Positions 1 through 9,517 of a stretch of 64,000 nt of DNA are shown here, piece after piece. The stretch covers positions 3,777 to 67,776 of the forward strand of contig JAPLDU010000096.1 of assembly GCA_026391255.1 (NCBI GenBank). The letters run 5' to 3'. How positions within the stretch are numbered: the first letter of the stretch is position 1; each line of letters begins with the position of its first letter. Source of the stretch: Bacteroidia bacterium (GTDB lineage: Bacteria > Bacteroidota > Bacteroidia > Bacteroidales > JAPLDU01). Below the pieces are notes generated by a model. It made no database searches and was not told where the DNA came from. It worked only from the letters and a program-made list of their open reading frames with translations. The translations under genes and the position numbers were made by a program.

Positions 1-2
1 GC

Positions 3-479
3 TTTGGATTCCTGAAAAACACTCTGGATGCCGAAGACGCAGCCCAGGAAGTATTCCTCGAAGTCTGGTATTCAGTCTCAGGATTCAGGCAGGATTCAAG
101 TCTCGGTGTCTGGATTTACCGCATTGCCGTAAACAAATCACTCGATCAGTTACGGAAAATGAAACGTAAGAAACGAATGTCCATGTTTAAGGAAATGGTT
201 GGATTCACAAGTAATCCGGAAGCATTGTCATTTCCGGCTGACAGCGATCCCTATTCAGAGACAGAACAAAATGAAACAACAAGGATTTTACTGAATGCCA
301 TTGAAAAACTTCCAGTAAGCCAGAAAGTCGCATTTACTCTGCACAAATACGAAAATATCAGCTATGTGGATATTGCGAAGGTAATGGATATCACTGTTCC
401 AGCTGTCGAATCCCTGATTCACAGGGCAAAAATGAACCTCAAAAAAACATTATCACTTTATTATTATGGTAAAGTATAA
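3..479 (+). CDS. ECF-type RNA polymerase sigma-70 factor, 5'-truncated by the window edge
   Basis: Frame 3 is open from nt 3. It reads FGFLKNTLDAEDAAQEVFLEVWYSVSGFRQDSSLGVWIYRIAVNKSLDQLRK (sigma region 2) and runs in frame into ORF 159..479, which has a region-4 HTH (ISYVDIAKVMDITVPAVESLIHRAKMNL). Confidence 0.85.
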   Translation, partial: FGFLKNTLDAEDAAQEVFLEVWYSVSGFRQDSSLGVWIYRIAVNKSLDQLRKMKRKKRMSMFKEMVGFTSNPEALSFPADSDPYSETEQNETTRILLNAIEKLPVSQKVAFTLHKYENISYVDIAKVMDITVPAVESLIHRAKMNLKKTLSLYYYGKV

Positions 480-610
480 ATATAGGTCAGTCCTAATCTT
501 AGACTTAATGAGAAATTAGACCGGGACAAGGACAAAGACCAGGACATGCAGATTAGTTAAAATAACTGCAAGTTTTTTTTAAAACCGACGTCAAATAATA
601 AAACAGCAAT

Positions 611-949
611 ATGAAACTCAGCGAACAGGAGATTGATAGCATCCTTAATGATGACGGGATATATCGGGGAGTAGATGCTAGCCCGGGTTTTTATGACCAA
701 ATGATGGCAAGAATTGAACAGGAAATGATTTCAGGAAAACACAAAGATAAAATCCTTGGCCTTCAGGGCAAAAATTTCCGTATAATCATTTTGATCCTGG
801 TATGCATTTTAAATATCAGTAGTTTCCTGTACTTCGGCCATGTTCAGAGTACCGGTAAATCATCCGAATCAGCTTATTTACTTACACTGGCAGAAGCCAG
901 CGCTGTTGACCAGTCAAATTTAAATCTGCTGACTTTAAATTCAAAATAA
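611..949 (+). CDS. hypothetical single-pass membrane protein, possibly the cognate anti-sigma factor
   Basis: It lies directly downstream of the ECF sigma gene, has one hydrophobic helix (FRIIILILVCILNISSFLYFG), and its stop overlaps the next start (ATAATG). The function is inferred from position only. Confidence 0.45.
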   Translation: MKLSEQEIDSILNDDGIYRGVDASPGFYDQMMARIEQEMISGKHKDKILGLQGKNFRIIILILVCILNISSFLYFGHVQSTGKSSESAYLLTLAEASAVDQSNLNLLTLNSK

Positions 950-1485
950 TGGATATATTTAAAAAGAATAAAATATTGATCAGCATTGTGGTTATACTTA
1001 CTGTCCTGAATATTGCTTCTCTGATTACCCTGTGGCTGATGAATTACAGGGATTTTCATCACAGGTTGGGTTTACCACAGATCCCTCCCCAGGAACTCAT
1101 GCAGAAATTTCTGAATAATGAACTGAACCTGAGTGATAAACAGTCAGATTTTTTCAGGAAATCGGGAAACCTGCATTTTACCAGGGTCAGGAATATTCTT
1201 GACAGCATTCATGAAGATAAAAAACAGATGTTTGATGAACTGTTCAAGGAACATCCGGATACATTGAAAATAAGAGGACTGATTTCGAATATCGGGAGAA
1301 AACAGGCAGAGATCGAAAGAGTCACTTTCAATAATTTTCTCATAATGAAGAATAAATGTAACGCAGTCCAGCAACTTAAATTCAAATTAATTTTCAGGGA
1401 AATGCTTGATCTGATTGATCCTTCTAAGCGCTTACCCGGGCCGCATCCGCCATCACAACTACCTGACAGGCCATACCATCCATGA
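949..1485 (+). CDS. membrane-anchored periplasmic protein, Spy/CpxP-like (LSxxQ motif)
   Basis: It has an N-terminal TM helix (ILISIVVILTVLNIASLITLWL) followed by a helical region with LSDKQ, resembling LTXXQ-motif periplasmic stress or metal-sensor proteins. Confidence 0.5.
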   Translation: MDIFKKNKILISIVVILTVLNIASLITLWLMNYRDFHHRLGLPQIPPQELMQKFLNNELNLSDKQSDFFRKSGNLHFTRVRNILDSIHEDKKQMFDELFKEHPDTLKIRGLISNIGRKQAEIERVTFNNFLIMKNKCNAVQQLKFKLIFREMLDLIDPSKRLPGPHPPSQLPDRPYHP

Positions 1486-1531
1486 TCAACAAAAAAATAT
1501 ATATATAGTAAATCTGTAATATCATAAAATT

Positions 1532-2038
1532 ATGAAAAACAACAAATTAAAATTAAAATCAATGTGTATCACATTGGTATTGATCATGGTAAGCCTCACG
1601 GTATTTTCGCAACCTGGCCAGAAAGACAGGCCTTCCCGGCAAAGTAAAGAAGCTCAGATGCAGCAACAGCAGCCACCTGAGCCCCCGATGCCTGGTGAAA
1701 ACTGCGGACCGGATCAACATTTCCCGCCAAAATTAGACCTACCGGATTTGTCAGAAGACCAGGAAAAACAACTGAAAGAAATGGGAATAAAACATCTTCA
1801 GACCTTGATCCCGTTAAAGGCGCTGGAAAGAGAAAAAGAAGCTCACCTGGCTGCTTTGCTTACCGCAAATGACAGCGACCCAAAACATATCAGCGAAGCA
1901 ACTGATTTACTCGGAAAGGTAAGAAACGATATTCTCAAACAGGTAGTTGACCACGATCAGGCCATCCGCAAAATACTCACTCCGGAACAGAAGGTCGTGT
2001 TTGATATGAAACCGAAACCGTTCTTGGAACCGAAGTAG
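1532..2038 (+). CDS. Spy/CpxP-family periplasmic protein
   Basis: It has a signal peptide (MCITLVLIMVSLTVFSQ) and two L[ST]xxQ motifs (LSEDQEKQL, LTPEQKVVF). The context is an ECF sigma operon. Confidence 0.6.
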   Translation: MKNNKLKLKSMCITLVLIMVSLTVFSQPGQKDRPSRQSKEAQMQQQQPPEPPMPGENCGPDQHFPPKLDLPDLSEDQEKQLKEMGIKHLQTLIPLKALEREKEAHLAALLTANDSDPKHISEATDLLGKVRNDILKQVVDHDQAIRKILTPEQKVVFDMKPKPFLEPK

Positions 2039-2065
2039 TATCAAGTATCAGGTATCAAGTATCAT

Positions 2066-2158
2066 GATGTAGTCACTCACGGCGTGAGTGAACAAGTTAT
2101 GAATTATGAACTATGAGTTATGAGTGAAGAACAATTGAACATTCGAACAATCGAACAT
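2066..2158 (+). repeat. about 90-bp direct repeat, copy 1 (hairpin TCACTCA-CGGCG-TGAGTGA plus ttatgag and cattcgaa word repeats)
   Basis: gatgtagtcactcacggcgtgagtgaacaagttatgaattatgaactatgagttatgagtgaagaaca...ttcgaaca recurs almost identically at 3814-3910. Confidence 0.8.
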
Positions 2159-2284
2159 CCGAATTAATGAGCATACGAGTAAAAATAATTGTTGGTCATT
2201 ATAATTATGATCCATGAATTTCATGACGTTTGTGACGCCCATGACCCATCACTTCAATTTGTACTATTAATCAAAATAAAAACA

Positions 2285-3793
2285 ATGAACAACAAACATC
2301 AAAATTTCAGGCTATTTATTTCACTGTATTTTGCAATGATCATTGTTCCTGGATTTTCTTTTTCACAATTACCTTACAAAATTCCGGGAACCGGTGTGGT
2401 TATTTGCTATGATACAGTCGCTCCGATACCTTGTCCTCAAAACAGCACCGACCCTTTTTTCGGGCAGTTCCAAGGCGCACCAATGTCTTACCATGACAAT
2501 GGAGATGGAACTGTTAGCGATTTGGTAACCGGTCTGATGTGGCAAAAGTCACGTAATTTCAAAATATCATGGGCTGAAGCGGCAAGCGGAGCAGCAACCT
2601 GTACAACGGGAGGTTACAACGACTGGAGGATGCCTGCCATCAAGGAATTGTACTCACTGATCAATTTTAACGGTAAATGCGGTACGACACCACAGAATTC
2701 AACTCCTTATATTGATACCGCTTATTTTCAGTTTCTTTACGGAGATACCACTCTTGGAGAAAGGCTGATTGACTGCCAGGATTGGTCTTCCACACAATAT
2801 GTAGCTTTTACCATGATGGGCGACAGCACGGTTTTTGGGGTCAATTTTGCCGACGGTCGTATTAAAGGTTATCCGAAATATCAACCCGGAACAAGCAGTA
2901 CTGTTCCTTATACATTGTATGTCAGGTATGTAAGAAATAATCCTTTATATGGGATTAATGACTTCACAAACAATGGTGACAGTACAATTTCCGATCATGC
3001 CACTGGCCTGATGTGGACTAAGTTTGACAATGATTCAGCAATGAAATGGCAGGATGCTCTTTCCTGGGTGCAGGAAATAAACCTTCAGAATTTCAAAGGA
3101 CATAATGACTGGCGTTTGCCGCATGCCAAGGAGTTGCAGAGTATTGTCGATTATACCCGCGCCCCGGCTGCTACCAATTCCCCGGCAATTAATCCGATGT
3201 TCTATTGCACACAGATCATTGATGAAGCTGGTCACCCGAACTGGCCCTATTACTGGGCATCTACCACCCACAGGGAAGAAGGCCTTGGGAACAGCGGTAA
3301 CAGGGCTGTATATGTAGCTTTTGGTACGGCCGGAGGATGGATGCAGATACCTCCGAATTCAGGAAATTATCAGTTACTTGATGTGCATGGCGCAGGCGCA
3401 CAACGAAGCGATCCTAAAACAGGCAACCCTGCTGATTATCCCTATGGCATGGGACCCCAGGGCGATGTGATCAGAATTTATAATTATGCCAGGTTGGTTA
3501 GAAATATCGATACTACCACTGCAATAAATGAAATCCGTAAAGTGGAAGAATTCCGTGTTATGCCTGATCCATTTACAAATTATTTAGACATTGTTATACC
3601 GGTCAACAGTTCAGGTATATCTAAGATTGAACTGATAAACGATACAGGCCGGTTGCTCGAATCTGAAGTAATAAACACCAACCCTGGAGATAAATACAGG
3701 TTCAGACTGAATAGAACTTATCCATCCGGATTATATCTTGTAAGGTTGATAACGTCTGATCACATATATATCAAAAAAGTGATCAGGCAATGA
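2285..3793 (+). CDS. DUF1566 (Lcl C-terminal-like) domain protein with a T9SS C-terminal sorting domain
   Basis: There are two DUF1566-type signatures (NDWRMPAIKELYSL, NDWRLPHAKELQSI). A signal peptide begins at the internal Met (MNNKHQNFRLFISLYFAMIIVPGFSFSQ, ATG at 2285). The C-terminal about 80 aa has the Por-secretion-tail pattern (PDPFTNYL...GLYLVRL...IKKVI). Confidence 0.75.
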   Translation: MNNKHQNFRLFISLYFAMIIVPGFSFSQLPYKIPGTGVVICYDTVAPIPCPQNSTDPFFGQFQGAPMSYHDNGDGTVSDLVTGLMWQKSRNFKISWAEAASGAATCTTGGYNDWRMPAIKELYSLINFNGKCGTTPQNSTPYIDTAYFQFLYGDTTLGERLIDCQDWSSTQYVAFTMMGDSTVFGVNFADGRIKGYPKYQPGTSSTVPYTLYVRYVRNNPLYGINDFTNNGDSTISDHATGLMWTKFDNDSAMKWQDALSWVQEINLQNFKGHNDWRLPHAKELQSIVDYTRAPAATNSPAINPMFYCTQIIDEAGHPNWPYYWASTTHREEGLGNSGNRAVYVAFGTAGGWMQIPPNSGNYQLLDVHGAGAQRSDPKTGNPADYPYGMGPQGDVIRIYNYARLVRNIDTTTAINEIRKVEEFRVMPDPFTNYLDIVIPVNSSGISKIELINDTGRLLESEVINTNPGDKYRFRLNRTYPSGLYLVRLITSDHIYIKKVIRQ

Positions 3794-3813
3794 GATTTGG
3801 TTTCAGGTTTCAG

Positions 3814-3910
3814 GATGTAGTTACTCACGGTGTGAGTGAACAAGTTATGAATTATAAACTTTGAGTTATGAGTGAAGAACATTCGAACATTCGAACAAAC
3901 GAACATTTGA
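3814..3910 (+). repeat. about 90-bp direct repeat, copy 2
   Basis: It has the same sequence as 2066-2158, with a few substitutions. The two copies bracket the DUF1566 gene. Confidence 0.8.
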
Positions 3911-4029
3911 ACTCCGCCTTCGGCGGACGAACATTATCACATTATCACATTACCACATTTTCACATTTTCAAATCCTGATACCTGATACCTGATACCCCC
4001 CCTTACGACTTACGACTATTGACTAACGA

Positions 4030-6195
4030 CTACTCAACGAGCGTCATTTCCTCAATAAGGTTCTTTGCCCCTGCATATTTATCAATGATGAACAGAATAT
4101 AACGGATATCAACATTGATGCATTTCTGCAATGCAGGTTCATAGGCAATGTCGCCGCTCATGGCTTCCCAGTTACCGTCAAAGGCTGCGCCTATTAGTTG
4201 TCCCTTTGCATTGAGCACCGGGCTGCCTGAATTACCGCCGGTAATGTCGTTATTGGTGGTAAAGCAGGTATTTAACACACCATTTTTCCCATAGCGGCCG
4301 AAATCCTTTTTCTCAATCAGGTCTTTGAGTTTGGCAGGTACAATGAATTCCTCGTTCGTCGGATCTTCTTTCTCAAGTATACCTTTTGTTGTGGTAAAAT
4401 AGTCGTAATGAACTGCATCGCGGGGATTGTAGCTTCCTACATAACCATAGGTAAGCCTTTCGGTAGAATTTGCGTTAGGATAAAAGGTCTTGTCAGACTG
4501 CATCTCCATCATGGCAGCGACAAAGGTCCTGTTTCCTTTGGCCAGCCTTGCACTGATGGCCTCCGTCTCTTTCCTGATCTCCATAGATTTGTTGATTACC
4601 GACTGGTAAATGATGAAGGCAGGGTCTTTCTGCAGCTTTTTCAATGACGGATTTTTCAGAAATTCCGCATATTTATTTTTATCGGCAAACAATGACTTCT
4701 TGAATACATAATCAGCATATTCATTAAAATTATTATCATATTTTTTTGCTATAAAAGCAAATACGTCAGGATGGTACTCCTTTGCAACATCAGTGGCAAA
4801 CATGCTGAACATGGCCGATAAGAGTTTTTTGTCGGTGGCCTGGTCATAATCTTTGAAATATCCTTCAGAAGCCTTCAGCAGGTCTGCTGAAGCTACATTC
4901 ACTGCTTTTTCATCAACCTGTTTTTGATTCAGAAGGGGATACAACTTATTAAAAACCTGTGCCGGGAACATGACAATCTCAGGACCGCCCAGCGCTTCAG
5001 AGAAATAGGCCGAGGTTTTTGACAATACCTTTCTTTCCTCGTAAGCGCCGGATATCATACCAATTGCATCACCGTATTTCTGTTTACGGCTGTTGTCGGC
5101 ATTTATCCAGTTCTGCAGTTTATTTTCAAACTCTTTTTTCTTGTCATATACATCCAATCTTTTCAGGCCTGCCGTCTGGCCGATGAAGTATTTCCAGTAG
5201 TTCGAAATACGGGCATATTTTGATGCGTATTGAATTCTTACTGCGTCGGAGGCATCCATATCCTTTTTCATAATATCGAGCTTCTCTGCGCGGATTTTCA
5301 CCCTTGACGGGTTGGTGATCTGGATGGATTCTTCGATGCCGTATGAAGTAAGATACCTGTCGGTGGTACCGGGGAAACCCATCACCATGGTAAAGTCACC
5401 TTCTTTCACGCCTTCCAGCGAAATGGAAAAATGAAATTTGGGCTTTAAAGGGATATTGTCTTTGGAATAAGGAGCCGGTTTCCCATCAGGGCCGGTATAA
5501 ATGCGGAACATGGAAAAATCACCGGTGTGCCTGGGCCACATCCAGTTATCGGTATCGCCGCCGAAATTACCGATGGCATCGGGCGGCGCCCCTACCAGCC
5601 TGACGTCTTTATATGTTTCATATATAAAAAGATAAAACTGGTTTCCGTCAAAAAACGAACGGACTGCAGCATTATAATCTGTGCCTTTGGTCGCTTCATC
5701 CTGGATTGATTTGGTCAGATCGGCAATTTTTTTCTGCCGGTCGCTCTCGCTCATCTGGGCATTAAGCTGGCTGACGATCTTATCCGTAACGTCTTCCAGC
5801 CGGAGCAAAATAGAAACCGTCATTTTCGGGTTGGTCAGCTCTTCGGCTTTTGACATTGCCCAGAACCCGTTCCTGGTGTAATCATTCTGTGTGGAACTGT
5901 GTTCCTGTATGCTTTCATAACCGCAATGATGGTTGGTGAGCACCAGTCCCTGGTCTGAAATGATCTCCCCGGAACAGAAGAAACGCATACCCATGCCATC
6001 GGCGCCCAGCCCGACCACGGCATCCTTCAGGCTCGAATGATTGATACTGTATATATCTTCCGGGCTTAACTTGCAACCCTTTTCATTCAGATTCAGCTTA
6101 TTAAGCATAGTCAGTAACCACATGCCCTCGTCGGCAACCACCGTAAACCTTACAATCAGAAGAAATACAGCAATAATAACAGGTATTTTTTTCAT
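4030..6195 (-). CDS. S46-family dipeptidyl-peptidase (DPP7/DPP11-like)
   Basis: It has a signal peptide followed by DEGMWLL, a catalytic His region (VLTNHHCG) and a catalytic Ser region (TGGNSGSPVLN). The 721-aa length is typical of S46. Confidence 0.9.
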   Translation of the reverse strand: MKKIPVIIAVFLLIVRFTVVADEGMWLLTMLNKLNLNEKGCKLSPEDIYSINHSSLKDAVVGLGADGMGMRFFCSGEIISDQGLVLTNHHCGYESIQEHSSTQNDYTRNGFWAMSKAEELTNPKMTVSILLRLEDVTDKIVSQLNAQMSESDRQKKIADLTKSIQDEATKGTDYNAAVRSFFDGNQFYLFIYETYKDVRLVGAPPDAIGNFGGDTDNWMWPRHTGDFSMFRIYTGPDGKPAPYSKDNIPLKPKFHFSISLEGVKEGDFTMVMGFPGTTDRYLTSYGIEESIQITNPSRVKIRAEKLDIMKKDMDASDAVRIQYASKYARISNYWKYFIGQTAGLKRLDVYDKKKEFENKLQNWINADNSRKQKYGDAIGMISGAYEERKVLSKTSAYFSEALGGPEIVMFPAQVFNKLYPLLNQKQVDEKAVNVASADLLKASEGYFKDYDQATDKKLLSAMFSMFATDVAKEYHPDVFAFIAKKYDNNFNEYADYVFKKSLFADKNKYAEFLKNPSLKKLQKDPAFIIYQSVINKSMEIRKETEAISARLAKGNRTFVAAMMEMQSDKTFYPNANSTERLTYGYVGSYNPRDAVHYDYFTTTKGILEKEDPTNEEFIVPAKLKDLIEKKDFGRYGKNGVLNTCFTTNNDITGGNSGSPVLNAKGQLIGAAFDGNWEAMSGDIAYEPALQKCINVDIRYILFIIDKYAGAKNLIEEMTLVE

Positions 6196-6850
6196 TTATA
6201 AATTATTTGAGATAGAATTTCTGCAAAAAAAGCCATTTAGGAGGGAATATGCAAATTGTGGGATGGGGCGGTCGTGTGCAATAATATTATTTGGTTAGCA
6301 TTAGTGTCAAAATTATTTAGTGTTTGTCCATAAAGTCAGTACTTTTGATTTACGAATATCGATTAACGAACTATGATTTTAGAAGTAACTGATAATCTGA
6401 AATCTAAAATCGTTAATCCTTGTTCTTAAATCAGTTTCATTGACTTTAAAGACAGACTCTATTTAGTTTATAATTGTATTGAGAATTATATATGATAGTT
6501 TCATGTTTTACTCCTTTGTGTGTTATTTCATTATATTTAAGATAGATACATTCGGCAAGACAGACTGTCCTGAAGGGAATTATTTAAAAATTTTATCATC
6601 TGGTTTTATCGTTAACATATCCTCATTTTTAGTAGAGATTTGAAATGCATCTCAAGACAAGGTATGTTAAGTACTTATATAATAGGCATAATTGAAATTT
6701 AAAGGAAGTAAAATTTCGTGTCTGCTCCAGTAATTCATAAAAAAGCTGAAAAAATATTTGTATCTTGAAAACCTTATTACAAAAATTCTTACCTTTGACT
6801 GAATTTTATAACTTTCGGAAATTAGAAAATGGCACTTTAATAAAACTGAT

Positions 6851-9022
6851 ATGAATACAATCAATATTGAAGAGTTTAATTCTTTTATTGAGGTGGCGAC
6901 AAAAATAGGATTGCCTTTTGGATTATATACGACTAGTATTGAAGGAGTTCTTCTTACTCATAATAAGTATTTTGCTGATTTACTAAAACCCACAATATTT
7001 AAAAATGGTGAAACAAATGTAATTGATTTATTTCAAAATCCTGAAGATCGAATAAAAAGAATAGAATGGTTCAAAAATCCCGATAATCAGGGCAAATGGA
7101 ATGTTGATATATTATTTCTTAAAAATTGTAACGAAGAGATAATTTTAAAAGATGCTTGTTCTCCAATAATATCTAAGGATGGACAAACATTTTGTTTTTT
7201 CGGTCTTCTTATTGATATAAAAAATGAATATCTCTATGGACGACTATTTGAAAATTTACCAATTGGCGTTTATCAATTAGACAGTAATAATAAATTTGTG
7301 AAGGCTAATAAAGCACTCCATGAAATGCTTAAATATGATGATGAAGAATTAATTGGAAAGGATGTCAGAGATATTTATATTGATCCAAAAGTACTAGATG
7401 ACGTAACGGATGCTATTAAATCAGATCCTTTTTATATTATTAACCAAAATGTTGAATTGATTGATAAAAATTTTAAAAGAGTCTGGGTTTCATTAAACTC
7501 ATATAAAATTCCAAAATGTGGTGGTTGGTATTTTGGTAGAGAGGGAACTGCAATTGAAAAAACAGAAGAAGTACTAAGAAATAAACTTCTTTTTAATGTA
7601 CCTGTTGGATTCTATATCGTTCAAAGAGAGAATGATAATGATTTAGTTGAACATTGTAATGATCAGTTTGCAAAAATATTTGGATATAATGATGCAAAAG
7701 AAGTAATTGGAAAAAACCCATTAGTTTTTTTTAATAATATAGCGGAATACAAGAAATATATAGCCGCAATACATGCTGCTGATAAAAACAAGGAACCATT
7801 ATGGGGTCATGTTTTCATTGGGAGAAAGAAAAACGGTGACACTTTCGCTTCTGAGATTAATAGCCAATTTATTCATGATGCTTATGATAATATTACTGGG
7901 AGAGTCGGCGTTGTCAGGGATATTTCGAGAGAAAATACTCTGAGGGAGAAAATAAATGAAATCACATCTGATATTGGTGCTGTAATGCATACATATTCTA
8001 CTGTTTTAATTCAAATTAGGAATTATTTAGAGGCAATAATTCAATGTAATGGTAATGACCCTTTTAATTTAAAAAAGCAAATAGATTATCAAGAAACAAT
8101 ATCTCAAGTTGAGAAATATAGGACTGTTCTTTCAAAGTCGATAGATAATCTTGTTATACAATTAAAAAGGAAAGAAATATCGATTAATTTTCCTGAAAAA
8201 ATAATTCAATCAATATGCGATAAAAGTGAAGTGTTAAAATCATTAAAGACAGAAAAGATTGAAAAACTTAAAATTCCATTATTAAGGTACGTCGCATATG
8301 ATTTAAATGAGATTATCGGTAAAAAGGAATTTACCGGAATTTCACGAGATGACTTGAAGCAAATAAAAAGTAATATTAATGATGTTTTGCGAATATCATG
8401 TTTCATTGCTATACATCAAATAAATGATACTATTGTTGATCTTGAACGTCAAGTAAGAAATTTTAGAGAATTTGTTACTGATGAACAACGTGAAAAGCCT
8501 AAGCCTACAAATGAGGATATTTGTTTTCTTGTAAGACATGTTGCTTTTGATTTTATGGAATACGCCAATAGAAAAAATATAGAAATTCGATGTAATATTC
8601 CGGAGGGACCAATAAAACTATTTGTTATTAAAAATGATATTATTAGAGCATTGACGAATATTCTTCATAATGCAATCAAATATTCATATTCAAGAAATAC
8701 CAAAAATAGTTGGATTCAAATAGAAGTTAAGAAAGATGATATTAATTTAATAATTTCTTTTGAAAACTATGGGGTCCCGATTGATAAGGAAGAAATTGTC
8801 CAAGGCTTTATATTTAAAATGGGATATAGAGGAATATATTCGGGAGAATATGGAAGAACAGGTACTGGATTTGGTATGAATGATACATACAATATTGTGA
8901 AGAGTTGTAAAGGTGAGTTAATTGTTGATAGTAGACCTGCTGATTCGTTTGCAAAACAGGATAATTACAATCAACCATTTCTTACAACTGTTTCCATTAA
9001 ATTAAATTTAATAAATAATTAA
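6851..9022 (+). CDS. soluble multi-PAS sensor histidine kinase (divergent)
   Basis: It has no TM segment. PAS-like modules are present (LFENLPIGVYQLDSNNKFVKANKALHEMLKYDDEELIGKDV; LLFNVPVGFYIVQ...FGYNDAKEVIGKNP...GRVGVVRDISRE). It has an H-box-like HTYSTVL (His codon 7988-7990), an N box (NILHNAIKYS) and a G2 box (GTGFGMN). The G1 box is degenerate (ENYG). The gene is very AT-rich. Confidence 0.75.
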   Translation: MNTINIEEFNSFIEVATKIGLPFGLYTTSIEGVLLTHNKYFADLLKPTIFKNGETNVIDLFQNPEDRIKRIEWFKNPDNQGKWNVDILFLKNCNEEIILKDACSPIISKDGQTFCFFGLLIDIKNEYLYGRLFENLPIGVYQLDSNNKFVKANKALHEMLKYDDEELIGKDVRDIYIDPKVLDDVTDAIKSDPFYIINQNVELIDKNFKRVWVSLNSYKIPKCGGWYFGREGTAIEKTEEVLRNKLLFNVPVGFYIVQRENDNDLVEHCNDQFAKIFGYNDAKEVIGKNPLVFFNNIAEYKKYIAAIHAADKNKEPLWGHVFIGRKKNGDTFASEINSQFIHDAYDNITGRVGVVRDISRENTLREKINEITSDIGAVMHTYSTVLIQIRNYLEAIIQCNGNDPFNLKKQIDYQETISQVEKYRTVLSKSIDNLVIQLKRKEISINFPEKIIQSICDKSEVLKSLKTEKIEKLKIPLLRYVAYDLNEIIGKKEFTGISRDDLKQIKSNINDVLRISCFIAIHQINDTIVDLERQVRNFREFVTDEQREKPKPTNEDICFLVRHVAFDFMEYANRKNIEIRCNIPEGPIKLFVIKNDIIRALTNILHNAIKYSYSRNTKNSWIQIEVKKDDINLIISFENYGVPIDKEEIVQGFIFKMGYRGIYSGEYGRTGTGFGMNDTYNIVKSCKGELIVDSRPADSFAKQDNYNQPFLTTVSIKLNLINN

Positions 9023-9026
9023 TAAA

Positions 9027-9515
9027 ATGATGAAGATTAGAGTTTTGTGGATAGAGGATCAGGCAATTAGTATGCTTGAAGAATATTGTGCTAAAGTCAT
9101 TAATGATGGCAAATATTCATTAAAATTTGTACTAAATGCATCAGAAGGAATTAAAAATATTCAAGAGAATATTTTTGATATAGTTATTATTGATATACGC
9201 CTTGAACCTGGATCTGATACAGCATGGAAAACATGTATTTTAAAACATGGTGGAGATAAAAAAAAGGCACGGCTAGGTATGGAATTATTAAAATTATTAT
9301 TTATGCCTCATATTGCAGAAGTTGAAATTCCGGGATTTAAAAAACCATATTGGGTTAGACCAGAAATATTTGGTGTTTTGACTGTTGAAAGCAGAAATGA
9401 AGTAGATAGAGAATTAAGTGAAATGAAAATTAATTCCTATAAAAGAAAAATTATTGAAGCTGGTGCATCTGTATTAATTGATCTTATTGAAGAGATTATT
9501 AATTTGAATAAATAA
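9027..9515 (+). CDS. stand-alone receiver (REC) domain protein with no output domain
   Basis: It has the acidic pair in IRVLWIEDQ, a phospho-acceptor-like Asp in DIVIIDIRL (codon 9192-9194), and the conserved T in GVLTVES. It starts 4 nt after the kinase stop. Confidence 0.65.
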   Translation: MMKIRVLWIEDQAISMLEEYCAKVINDGKYSLKFVLNASEGIKNIQENIFDIVIIDIRLEPGSDTAWKTCILKHGGDKKKARLGMELLKLLFMPHIAEVEIPGFKKPYWVRPEIFGVLTVESRNEVDRELSEMKINSYKRKIIEAGASVLIDLIEEIINLNK

Positions 9516-9517
9516 TT

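Noticed and set aside
2189-2284. The listed ORFs have longer upstream starts, at 2189 for DUF1566 and at 18639 for the ankyrin gene.
   Set aside because: The extensions run through intergenic repeat elements and precede obvious signal peptides that begin at internal ATGs (2285 and 18738).
6794-6816. A possible Bacteroidetes-type promoter (TTTG ... TAACTTTC) lies upstream of the kinase.
   Set aside because: The gap between the two motifs is only about 11 nt, much shorter than the roughly 19-nt spacing I recall for the -33/-7 consensus. The -7 element also lacks the terminal G. This is not enough to call a promoter.
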